Source: Gemmatimonadota bacterium
GTDB taxonomy: Bacteria > Gemmatimonadota > Gemmatimonadetes > Gemmatimonadales > Gemmatimonadaceae
DNA length: 14,022 nt
Reading direction: 5' to 3'
Assembly: GCA_040389905.1 (NCBI GenBank)
Contig: JAZJZK010000060.1
Location: 1 to 14,022 of the forward strand
The notes under the pieces are model-generated. The model saw nothing but the letters and a program-made list of their open reading frames with translations, was not told the DNA's origin and searched no databases. Every line of letters starts with the position of its first letter. The stretch's first letter is position 1. This document shows positions 1 through 6,837 of this stretch, in pieces. The position numbers were made by a program, and so were the translations under genes.

Positions 1-85
1 AGTCCCCCCGCCGGACCGCGCGCCACACCGCGCCGATCGGGAACCTCGGGATGCGTACACAAGCGACGCGCCACAACGATTGCAC
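1..85 (-). CDS. imuB: ImuB-like Y-family DNA polymerase homolog, N-terminal fragment (runs off window start)
   Basis: Manual translation from GTG at 85-83 gives (M)QSLWRVACVRIPRFPIGAVWRAVRRGD, matching the 'R-x-A-C-hydrophobic-x-x-P-x-F-P' opening typical of ImuB proteins. SD GGAGGT at 96-91 lies 5 nt upstream. It sits directly behind a RecA-like gene. Only 28 codons are visible. Confidence 0.7.
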   Translation of the reverse strand, partial: MQSLWRVACVRIPRFPIGAVWRAVRRGD

Positions 86-710
86 AGCTCACCTCCACCG
101 TCTTGAGCGTTCCTCCTTTCTCGACCCGCACGCCGATCGTGTGTGTCGCCCTGTCCCCTGTTCCCTGTCCCTTGTCCCCTTCTCCTCGTCGTCGTTTCTC
201 GATCGCCAACCGGACGGCACCACCCAGCTGCGTAGCCCCTCCCGCTCGATCGCCCATGACGACGAACGCCGCGTCCGATTCGCGCGCGAGCCTGGTGAGG
301 CGCACGGCCGCCGCCTTCGTGAGTGTGGGCGCGCCGTCGAGCACCACGAGGGCGAAGGCCCCACTCCGGAGCAGGACGTCGGCGCACCATGCGGCGCGCG
401 TGGCGTCGTGCGGGCGGATCATCCACACGCCCTGTGCGTCGCCCAGGTGCACCCAGTCGCGGGCGTCGAGGGTGCGCTGGGCGTCGATATACGCCACCCA
501 TCCGCGTGCCTGGACGACGGATTCCACGATGGCGCGGATGAGCGTGGTCTTTCCGCTCCCCGTGCGGCCGGTCATCTCCGTGAGCCGGCCCCGCGGCAAC
601 CCTCCGCCGAGTAGCACGGCATCGAGCGCTGCGATCCCGGTGGGGAGCGCCGGCGCAGCCGGTTCAGGTGGCGGAAGGAGCCGAGCAAGCTCGGCAAGTG
701 AGAGTGACAA
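1..710 (-). CDS. imuA: RecA-like ImuA protein (partial; no stop within window, >=236 codons)
   Basis: Not in the ORF track. Manual translation, open from 731 to the window edge: ...LSLSLAELARLLPPPEPAAPALPTGIAALDAVLLGGGLPRGRLTEMTGRTGSGKTTLIRAIVESVVQARGWVAYIDAQRTLDARDW...WCADVLLRSGAFALVVLDGAP... It has the RecA-type TG..ALD..LGGGLPRGR motif, Walker A GRTGSGKT (~569-546), AYIDA and Walker B LVVLD. Start uncertain (TTG at 710 chosen; in-frame stop at 734-732). Confidence 0.85.
   Translation of the reverse strand, partial: MSLSLAELARLLPPPEPAAPALPTGIAALDAVLLGGGLPRGRLTEMTGRTGSGKTTLIRAIVESVVQARGWVAYIDAQRTLDARDWVHLGDAQGVWMIRPHDATRAAWCADVLLRSGAFALVVLDGAPTLTKAAAVRLTRLARESDAAFVVMGDRAGGATQLGGAVRLAIEKRRRGEGDKGQGTGDRATHTIGVRVEKGGTLKTVEVSCAIVVARRLCTHPEVPDRRGVARGPAGG
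152..179 (+). repeat. Four tandem heptamers (consensus TGTCCCC) inside the imuA coding region
   Basis: tgtcccc tgttccc tgtccct tgtcccc; same unit as the intergenic array at 2842-2865. Confidence 0.7.
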
Positions 711-736
711 TTTTCGGGCGTCTTCGGGGGACTAGT

Positions 737-765
737 AGCATATACCGAAGAAACACCGAAAGTAA
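737..765 (-). promoter_or_regulatory. Putative imuAB promoter with TTCG-N7-TTCG direct repeat (candidate SOS operator)
   Basis: Minus strand: TTACTT(765-760)-N17-TATGCT(742-737). TTCG-GTGTTTC-TTCG spans 760-746 (ACCGAA twice on +, 11-bp period), sitting essentially in the spacer. Confidence 0.5.
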
Positions 766-797
766 GGGACAAGGAGCTTAGGGAACTCCGCTCGTTT

Positions 798-861
798 TGT
801 CGCCCTGAGCCCTTCGTCGCTTGCGCTCCTCGAGGGCAGGCTTCGCGAAGGGCCTGCACCT
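798..861 (+). repeat. Degenerate left half of the TGTC-tagged palindromic repeat family
   Basis: TGTCGCCCTGAGC...CGAAGGGCCTGCACCT parallels TGTCATCCCGAGC...CGAGGGATCTGCACCT at 6901 and 9343. Internal perfect 8-bp inverted repeat GCCCTTCG (809-816) / CGAAGGGC (846-853). Confidence 0.6.
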
Positions 862-938
862 GCAGTTACGCTGTTACAGTTGCGGCCTGATGTCTGGCGT
901 TTCAAACGTCGACGAGGCTGCGCCCGGAGCCCAAGTCC

Positions 939-1607
939 CTACATGCTCACGCCGATCCGCAACCCAGGCTGCCCATCACGTTCCGGCCGAGCGAAGAAGT
1001 TCGCGTATCGTCCATCTCGGCTGATCCGGAACGTGTGCAGGAGCGCCACGCCGCCGTAGATGAACGTGAGGTCGGTCTTGCTCAGCGACGAGGTGCGCGA
1101 CATGAAGTCGATGTCGCTCACTGAAGCCGTTCGGCCGATGGTGACATAGAACAGCGCGGTAGCGATTCCCCCGCCGAGGATGCCGCGCTCGAACGAGCTG
1201 CCCTTGGGGTGCGGTACGTCGAGGATGAGCTCGTCCAGCGCCGCCTGGACGTTCAGGCCCATGCTCGAAAAGAGGAATTGCTTGTGGGGATACTTCGCGA
1301 CGTTGATTCCCGAGTAGACGGTCGGGCGGCCCTTGCTGAACTCGAAGGACGGATGCCCCCCGACGGCAATCGCCGTGATGACGTGGGCCGTTTCATGCGC
1401 AAGAAGGCTCGCGGCGAAGCCGGCGCCGACGTTACGCCAATAGTGTGGTGATCGTGCGGGCGCGTGCACAGGCGTCGTGAGCAGGGAATCACTCTGGGCC
1501 AACACCCGCGGCGCCACGACAGCGGAGAAAGCGATCGACGTCAGGCAGAGACGAACAGTGAACGACCTGAACGGACGAGGTCTCCGTTCCGTATAACATC
1601 GCAGCAT
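939..1607 (-). CDS. Hypothetical membrane protein with HExxH motif (possible M50-like zinc metalloprotease)
   Basis: 3' part of track ORF 939..1940. Signal-like segment (LCLTSIAFSAVVAPRVLAQ), hydrophobic helix carrying AHETAH, further TM-like segments and a downstream SDID. Start set at ATG 1607 to avoid the opposite-strand dehydratase; the true start is uncertain. Confidence 0.65.
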   Translation of the reverse strand: MLRCYTERRPRPFRSFTVRLCLTSIAFSAVVAPRVLAQSDSLLTTPVHAPARSPHYWRNVGAGFAASLLAHETAHVITAIAVGGHPSFEFSKGRPTVYSGINVAKYPHKQFLFSSMGLNVQAALDELILDVPHPKGSSFERGILGGGIATALFYVTIGRTASVSDIDFMSRTSSLSKTDLTFIYGGVALLHTFRISRDGRYANFFARPERDGQPGLRIGVSM

Positions 1608-1613
1608 CGTTGG

Positions 1614-1643
1614 TTGATCAGGGTAGGAACAGTGTGGTATCAT
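1614..1643 (+). promoter_or_regulatory. Putative sigma70 promoter for phhB
   Basis: TTGATC(1614-1619)-N18-TATCAT(1638-1643), with extended -10 TG (TGGTATCAT), 33 nt before ATG 1677. Confidence 0.5.
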
Positions 1644-1676
1644 GCGGTCGTTTCTTCTCCCACGAACCCGAGGGCC

Positions 1677-1970
1677 ATGCCTCCCAGACTTTCCGATCTC
1701 GAAATCCAGCGGGCCCTGGGCACGCTGCCAGGTTGGGCCCGCCGGGGCGAAGTGCTGACGAAGACGTTCACATTCCCCCGCTTCGCAGACGGTATCGAGT
1801 TCGTCCAACGCGTGGCGCGTGCCGCGGATGCGATGGATCATCATCCGGACATCGACATCCGGTATACGAAGATCATCATGACCCTCTCGACGCACAGCGC
1901 GGGAGGCATTACCACGAATGATCTCACGCTCGCCGCTCAAATAGAAGCGCTCAGCACCTCACCCACCTGA
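1677..1970 (+). CDS. phhB: Pterin-4-alpha-carbinolamine dehydratase (97 aa)
   Basis: MPPRLSDLEIQRALGTLPGW...TFTFPRFADGIEFV...DHHPDIDIRY...LSTHSAGGITTNDLTLAAQIE; the HHPD and THSAGGIT.ND signatures are diagnostic of the family. Confidence 0.95.
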   Translation: MPPRLSDLEIQRALGTLPGWARRGEVLTKTFTFPRFADGIEFVQRVARAADAMDHHPDIDIRYTKIIMTLSTHSAGGITTNDLTLAAQIEALSTSPT

Positions 1971-1977
1971 ACGCACA

Positions 1978-2009
1978 ACGACCTGCGTTCCAACGGGAAG
2001 GCAGGCCGT
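1978..2009. terminator. Imperfect hairpin between convergent phhB and yccA-like genes
   Basis: acg-a-cctgc-g-ttcc-[aacg]-ggaa-g-gcagg-c-cgt; no clear U tract. Confidence 0.35.
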
Positions 2010-2046
2010 CCTGACGTGCGCGGACTGGTTCGTCACTATCCTCTGA

Positions 2047-2730
2047 TCAATTGCGGCGCCCGCCTCCAAGCAGTCTCACGATGGCCAGGAAGAGATTGAG
2101 CAGGTCGAGATAGATGTTCACCGCCGCCGGCACATAGTCATCGGGCCCGTACTGGCCGGACCGCACGATGCGCCACGTATCGAACACGAGCAGGCCACCG
2201 AACACCAGCACCGTGGCACCGGCAATCCACAGCGACGCAAGCGTGCTCTGGAAGAACATGTTCAGCAGCGACGTGACGATCAGAACGACCAGCCCGACCA
2301 TGAAGAAGCTGCCCCAGGCGCTGAAGTCCCGCTTGCTGAAGGTCGCGTAGAGCGTCAGTGCGCCAAACGTCGTCAACGTGATCACCCCAGCCTGCCCGAT
2401 GACGCCGGGCGTGCGCGACTCGGCGAACGCCAGGAAGGGCGCGATGAAGATGCCCTCCATCAGCGTGAACAGCAGCGTGAAGGAGATGCTCTGCACCGGG
2501 TTGCTTCGCACCCGCATGGCCATCCACAGCGGCGCGAACATCGCCAGCATCGTGATGAACGGGTGACGCGCGACCATGTCGAACAGGGCGGGCGACGTCA
2601 GGCAGATCGCGACGCCGACGCAGGTGACGATGATGCTGACGAAAACAAGTGCGTACGTACGGCGAACGAGCGTCGCGCGTTCCTCGCCGGTGCGAACGTA
2701 CGTCTGATTGAAAGCGCGTGAGAAACCCAT
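2047..2730 (-). CDS. Bax inhibitor-1 / YccA family membrane protein (227 aa)
   Basis: About 7 hydrophobic segments; motifs VRRTY, F.TFGALT.YA..SKRDFS, LLVFDTWRI and AAVNIYLDLLNLFLAIVRLLG. SD GAGGAG upstream; TATATT -10-like element at 2767-2762. Confidence 0.93.
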   Translation of the reverse strand: MGFSRAFNQTYVRTGEERATLVRRTYALVFVSIIVTCVGVAICLTSPALFDMVARHPFITMLAMFAPLWMAMRVRSNPVQSISFTLLFTLMEGIFIAPFLAFAESRTPGVIGQAGVITLTTFGALTLYATFSKRDFSAWGSFFMVGLVVLIVTSLLNMFFQSTLASLWIAGATVLVFGGLLVFDTWRIVRSGQYGPDDYVPAAVNIYLDLLNLFLAIVRLLGGGRRN

Positions 2731-2783
2731 CGTGCTGGAAAGCTCCTCTGAGGGATGAGGAAATATACCCCGTACGAGGCAAC

Positions 2784-2865
2784 AGGTGTCAGGGGACAGG
2801 TATCAGGGGACAGGTATCAGGGGACAGGAACTACGCAGTTACCTGTCCCCTGTCCCCTGTCCCCT
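2784..2865. repeat. Heptamer-built inverted repeat (hairpin) immediately after the DUF4097 stop codon
   Basis: Left arm AGGTGTC-AGGGGAC-AGGTATC-AGGGGAC-AGGTATC-AGGGGAC-AGG (2784-2828); core AACT-ACGC-AGTT (2829-2840); right arm CC-(TGTCCCC)3-T (2842-2865). Confidence 0.85.
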
Positions 2866-3679
2866 AGCGTTTCCTCAACTCCACATTCCCATTCACCGTC
2901 TGGAGCCTGATCCGCCGGCCACCCTTGCCGATGGTCGCCCGGAGGCGGCGGGGATCGATCCGCCCAGAGATCGTCACCGGCCAGTCCGTCTGAAAACGGC
3001 CGTTCACCGTCGAAAGATCCACGTCGGCGTCGATGTCGCCGGTGAACTCCGCGATCACACTGCCGTTCACGGTGCTGAAGTTGAGATCCTGGTCGCCCTC
3101 GAGACGGCCCATCGTCGCATGGACGCTGCCATTCACCGTACTCGCCTGAACGGGCGAGCCGGTGCTGTTTGCCTCCACGCCGCCATTCACCGTGCCCGCG
3201 CGGACTTCGGCTGTCGCGCCGTCCACCGAGACGGCACCGTTCACCGTCCACACCCCAACCTTCACGCCGCGCGGGACGCGCACCTCGAAATCGACGGCGA
3301 CATCGTTGCGGTCGCGGTCATTGTAGTTCCGGCGCCGGTCGTCGTTGTGGCTCGAATAGCGGTCCTCGGTGCAGATCGTGTTCGTATCGACCCAGATCGC
3401 GCAGATGAGGATGCTGCCATCGCTCGCCTTCTTCGTCTCGATCGTCACGTCTTTCGGATCGCCGCGCCGCCAGCTCTTGGTGGCCACGATCTCCACCTTG
3501 TCGCTGCTCGATGACCGAACGCGGATTTCGCCATTGACGTTCCGCACCCGAATCCACGAATTCTGCGGCACGCGCTCGCTGAGCGAGAACGCATCGCGAT
3601 CGGTCTGCCGGCTCTGCGCCGAGAGGGACAGCGGTGCGACGAGCACCGCGCCGATGACGATCCGAAATAGCTGCCGCAT
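2864..3679 (-). CDS. Secreted DUF4097-family beta-strand repeat (adhesin-like) protein
   Basis: Signal peptide MRQLFRIVIGAVLVAPLSLSAQ; repeated [TN]VNG.[VI] motifs; VDFEVRVP. ATG 3679 has SD AGGAG; alternative ATG at 3703. Confidence 0.88.
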   Translation of the reverse strand: MRQLFRIVIGAVLVAPLSLSAQSRQTDRDAFSLSERVPQNSWIRVRNVNGEIRVRSSSSDKVEIVATKSWRRGDPKDVTIETKKASDGSILICAIWVDTNTICTEDRYSSHNDDRRRNYNDRDRNDVAVDFEVRVPRGVKVGVWTVNGAVSVDGATAEVRAGTVNGGVEANSTGSPVQASTVNGSVHATMGRLEGDQDLNFSTVNGSVIAEFTGDIDADVDLSTVNGRFQTDWPVTISGRIDPRRLRATIGKGGRRIRLQTVNGNVELRKR

Positions 3680-3711
3680 CGCAGATCTCCTGTTGGTGTG
3701 CATGATGTCCT

Positions 3712-4746
3712 CTACCGGCTGCGACGACGAAGCGTGATGTCGCCGCTGAATGTTTCGGCGATGATGCGCGCCGTACCGCGACCCACGGTGAAATTGAGGC
3801 GCTTGGCCTGCGCCGAGCCGATGCCGTGCTCGCCCGCCTTGAGCGTGATGGGAAAATCGCTCTCGATGCCGCCATTGAAAGTCGAGACGCTCAGCTCTGC
3901 CCCGATGTCCGCCGGCAGATGCAGATCGATCTCGCCGGAGTGCGTGTTGAACTCGTAACGGCCGGCCTCGAGGATGGAGCCCTGGTACGTGACATCGCCA
4001 TTCGTCGTGTGCGCACGGACCTGCTTGGCGATCACATCGCGAAGATCCATGTCGCCACTCACCGTCGAGACCACCACGTTGCCGCGCGCGCCGGTCAGCG
4101 TGAGCGACCCGCTGACGGTCGACACGTTGGTCTCACCGGTGACACCGGTGACTTGGATATCCCCTGAGAGCGCGTCGATATCGAGGCGGTTGCCCGCATC
4201 GCGCACATCGATGTCGCCGCTTTGCGTATGCAGCTCGAGGTCACCGTGTACGCCGCGCACCGAGAGCGATCCGCTCCACGTCACCGCCGTCACACGCGCA
4301 CCCACCGGCACCGTGACTTCGAAACGGCCGTCGTTGCACCCGCGCCCCGACGCCGGCTCGAGCGTCGCACGGCCGCCGCTGGATGTGAAGCGAATGGCGC
4401 CACTCTCCGTCCGTGCCCTGACGCGCAGCTCATTGCGCTCCGATCCGATGACGACGACGGTTCCGCCGGGACAGCTCACGCTGAGAGTGCCACGGGCATC
4501 GAACGTCACTGTGGTATCGACCGATGCGGCCCGCAGCCGCTCCTGTCGCTCGGCTTCCTTCTCCCGCGCACGTTCGGCTTTCTCACGAGCCTTCTCGGCT
4601 GCCTGCTCCCTGGCTTCACGGGCGCGCTCCTCGCGTTCCGCCCGCCGCTCACGTTCGCGTTCCGAGGTGGAGGACTGCGCGGTTGACGGCGCCGGTGTCG
4701 CGACCGTCAGCGCAGCAAGAAGGAGAAAAATGGAAGGGCGATGCAT
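3712..4746 (-). CDS. Secreted DUF4097-family beta-strand repeat protein with N-terminal E/R-rich coiled coil
   Basis: Signal peptide MHRPSIFLLLAALTVATPAPSTAQ; ERERERRAERE... charged helix; repeated T.SG(D/S)[IL] motifs; FEVTVP. ATG 4746 with AGAGGA upstream. Confidence 0.88.
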   Translation of the reverse strand: MHRPSIFLLLAALTVATPAPSTAQSSTSERERERRAEREERAREAREQAAEKAREKAERAREKEAERQERLRAASVDTTVTFDARGTLSVSCPGGTVVVIGSERNELRVRARTESGAIRFTSSGGRATLEPASGRGCNDGRFEVTVPVGARVTAVTWSGSLSVRGVHGDLELHTQSGDIDVRDAGNRLDIDALSGDIQVTGVTGETNVSTVSGSLTLTGARGNVVVSTVSGDMDLRDVIAKQVRAHTTNGDVTYQGSILEAGRYEFNTHSGEIDLHLPADIGAELSVSTFNGGIESDFPITLKAGEHGIGSAQAKRLNFTVGRGTARIIAETFSGDITLRRRSR

Positions 4747-4759
4747 GGTCAGGTGTCCT

Positions 4760-5557
4760 CTAGGTCCGCGCGGGCAGCAACGCCGCTGTCCGCAGCAGCT
4801 CGACTTTCTTCTCGAGCGAATGATTGAGTTGTGTGGCGAGAAATGCACTCGCCGGATCTTTCACGAGCGCCGCACGGCTCTGCGCGATGGCGGAGTCGAT
4901 GACGGCAATGCTTTGCTCCAGCACCGCCACCGTAGCGGGATCGAGCTGGGAGCGACGCTCCTTCACGATCTTGCGAAGCGCACTGATCTCGCTCGCAAAG
5001 ACAGGCTCCGCCTCACTGATGAGCGGTGTCGCGCTGGCCAGCTTCGCCGTGCCAGTCCTGTTCGGGCCGGTCGCTGGCATCGCCGGCCGTTCGCTGGCGG
5101 TCGACTGAATCTCCGCCGTTGGCTCGCTGGCGATCGGCGCCGCCGTCGTCGCGAGACGCGGCGCGTTCCCCGCGGCCGGTGACAACGAGGCGCGCGTGAG
5201 GACATGCGTGATGCCAGCCGTCATGACGACGAGCGCCGCCGCGGCGAGCGCCGGTGTCAGCCACGCGCGCTGCCGCGGCGTGGCGGCGACGATCCGTGGC
5301 GACTCCATCGCGATGACCGGTGTGCCAATGCGGTCCGCAATGCCGGCCCACAGGTCGCGTGACGGTGTGAGTGCGGGAAGTGCTTCCGCTCGTACGGTAA
5401 TCGCGTTGAGATCATCGAGCAGTTGTCGGCATGCGGCGCACTCCACCACGTGTGCATCCACCGCGGTGCGAACGTTCTCCTGGGCGTCGCCCTCGAGATA
5501 GTCCGCGAGTGCATCGGCGAAGCCGTCGCAATCCAGGTGCATGGGTGATGTCGTCAT
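4760..5557 (-). CDS. Zinc-finger (ZAS / zf-HC2) transmembrane anti-sigma factor (265 aa)
   Basis: MTTSPMHLDCDGFADALADYLEG...HVVECAAC (HxxxCxxC); TM segment WLTPALAAAALVVMTAGITHVL; Pro/Ala linker; helical C-terminal domain. Its ATG overlaps the sigma stop codon (ATGA at 5557-5554). Confidence 0.9.
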   Translation of the reverse strand: MTTSPMHLDCDGFADALADYLEGDAQENVRTAVDAHVVECAACRQLLDDLNAITVRAEALPALTPSRDLWAGIADRIGTPVIAMESPRIVAATPRQRAWLTPALAAAALVVMTAGITHVLTRASLSPAAGNAPRLATTAAPIASEPTAEIQSTASERPAMPATGPNRTGTAKLASATPLISEAEPVFASEISALRKIVKERRSQLDPATVAVLEQSIAVIDSAIAQSRAALVKDPASAFLATQLNHSLEKKVELLRTAALLPART

Positions 5558-6123
5558 CGGGTCAGTGCCTCCCTCAACAGCATTCGCGCGCGGTGCAGCT
5601 GCGCCTTCGTCGCTCCAGTGGTGACGCCGAGCATTTCGGCGATCTCCTCGTGCTTGTAGCCTTCCACGTCGTGCAGGGTGAACACCCGTCGTGCGCCCTT
5701 CGGCAGCTTGTTGATCGCCATCTCGAGGTCCATCCGGTCGCCCGGTGCCGTGGGTCGAGCGGCGAGTCCATCGATGCCATCGCCGTCGTCGTCCTCCTCG
5801 AATCGCGATCGCTGTCGCCCTTCGGTCTTGCGGTCGTTCAATACCACATTCACGGTCAGCCGGTGCAGCCATGTCCCGAACGCACTCTCACCGCGAAACA
5901 GGTGCAGCTTTTCCCAGGCGCGAACGAACACGTCCTGCGTCAGCTCTTCAGCACGCGAGCGGTCGGTGACCATGCGTGCGCAGAGGGAAAACACCCGGGT
6001 CATGTGCAGCCGGTAGAGCCGTTCGAATGCGCGACGGTCCCCCGCGGCGGCGAGCGCCACGTCCGGGTCGGCGGTGGGCGCCGGTGCCGTCAACACTGGT
6101 TCGGGTAAGGCCACTGCCGTCAT
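5554..6123 (-). CDS. ECF-family RNA polymerase sigma factor (189 aa)
   Basis: GDRRAFERLY, AEELTQDVFVRAW, F.GESAFGTWLHRL (region 2); LPKGARRVFTLHDVEGYKHEEIAEMLG...TKAQLHRAR (region 4). ATG 6123 with GGGAG upstream. Confidence 0.95.
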   Translation of the reverse strand: MTAVALPEPVLTAPAPTADPDVALAAAGDRRAFERLYRLHMTRVFSLCARMVTDRSRAEELTQDVFVRAWEKLHLFRGESAFGTWLHRLTVNVVLNDRKTEGRQRSRFEEDDDGDGIDGLAARPTAPGDRMDLEMAINKLPKGARRVFTLHDVEGYKHEEIAEMLGVTTGATKAQLHRARMLLREALTR

Positions 6124-6155
6124 CGGTCGTCGAGGTCTCCCACTGTGCACTCAAT

Positions 6156-6183
6156 GGGATACTCCGACAGCTCAGAAGGTTTG
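6156..6183 (-). promoter_or_regulatory. Putative autoregulatory ECF promoter
   Basis: Minus strand CAAACC(6183-6178)-N16-TATCCC(6161-6156): an AAC-type -35 and (T/C)ATC-type -10, about 30 nt before the sigma start and overlapping the HAD stop codon. Confidence 0.45.
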
Positions 6184-6837
6184 AATATCCGGCGCGTTCC
6201 GAGCGCCAATCTGGTGGAGGTCGCTCACGCTGTCGATCACGAGGTCCGCGCCGCTCGCTTCCATCTCGGCGCGCGAGCAGGCGCCCCACGTCACGCCAAC
6301 CGTGTAGACGCCGGCGCCTCGTCCAGACTCGATGTCGTGCGGCGAGTCTCCGACGTACACGGCGTGCTCGGCGGTCACCCCCAGCAGGGCCAGCGCGCGT
6401 TCGACCGGCTCCGGATGCGGCTTGTGGCGTTCACAGCTGTCGCAGCCGACCAACACGGGAAAAATGTCGCTCACCCTGATCAGCTCCAGCGCCTTGCGCG
6501 CGAGCCAGTCCGACTTGCTCGTGACGAGCGCGAGTGGGTGGCCGGCGGCGGCGAAGGCACGCAACGCGGGGACGATTCCGTCGTACGCGCGGAGCATTCG
6601 GTCGTGGTGCTCGAGTTGGAATTCACGGTAGCGCACGAACAATCGCTCGGCCTCCGCGTCGTCACTCGCCCATTCGCGGAGGGTGATCTGGAGGGGACGG
6701 CCGATTCCGGCGCGCCACTCGTCGTCAGTTGGTGCTCGGCCGGCGAAGCCGTCGAAAGCGTAGCGGGCAGAGCTCAGGATGAGCCCGATGGAGTCAACGA
6801 GCGTGCCGTCGAGGTCGAACAAGAGGGCTGTAGACAT
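6172..6837 (-). CDS. HAD-IA family hydrolase (PpaX / phosphoglycolate phosphatase-like, 221 aa)
   Basis: Motif I LLFDLDGTLVDS, motif II LVTSK, motif III KPHPEP, motif IV YVGDSPHDI. ATG at 6837 is preceded by TATCAT-N6. Confidence 0.93.
   Translation of the reverse strand: MSTALLFDLDGTLVDSIGLILSSARYAFDGFAGRAPTDDEWRAGIGRPLQITLREWASDDAEAERLFVRYREFQLEHHDRMLRAYDGIVPALRAFAAAGHPLALVTSKSDWLARKALELIRVSDIFPVLVGCDSCERHKPHPEPVERALALLGVTAEHAVYVGDSPHDIESGRGAGVYTVGVTWGACSRAEMEASGADLVIDSVSDLHQIGARNAPDIQTF

Noticed and set aside
1..710. Calling the RecA-like ORF canonical recA
   Set aside because: Lacks the RecA N-terminal helix and the conserved DAEHALD and MAW/L2-region sequences, and is overlapped by an ImuB-like start.
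51..735. Plus-strand ORFs 51..614, 103..735 and 323..541
   Set aside because: Antisense shadows of the minus-strand RecA-like gene; no motifs of their own.
1608..1940. N-terminal extension of ORF 939..1940
   Set aside because: Lies antisense to the unambiguous dehydratase gene and its promoter; a shadow frame.
2842..2865. G-quadruplex on the minus strand
   Set aside because: Only three G4 tracts plus GG, and the competing hairpin explains the sequence better.
5558..5872. N-terminal extension of anti-sigma ORF 4760..5872
   Set aside because: Overlaps the sigma gene in another frame; ATGA coupling at 5557 gives the natural start.
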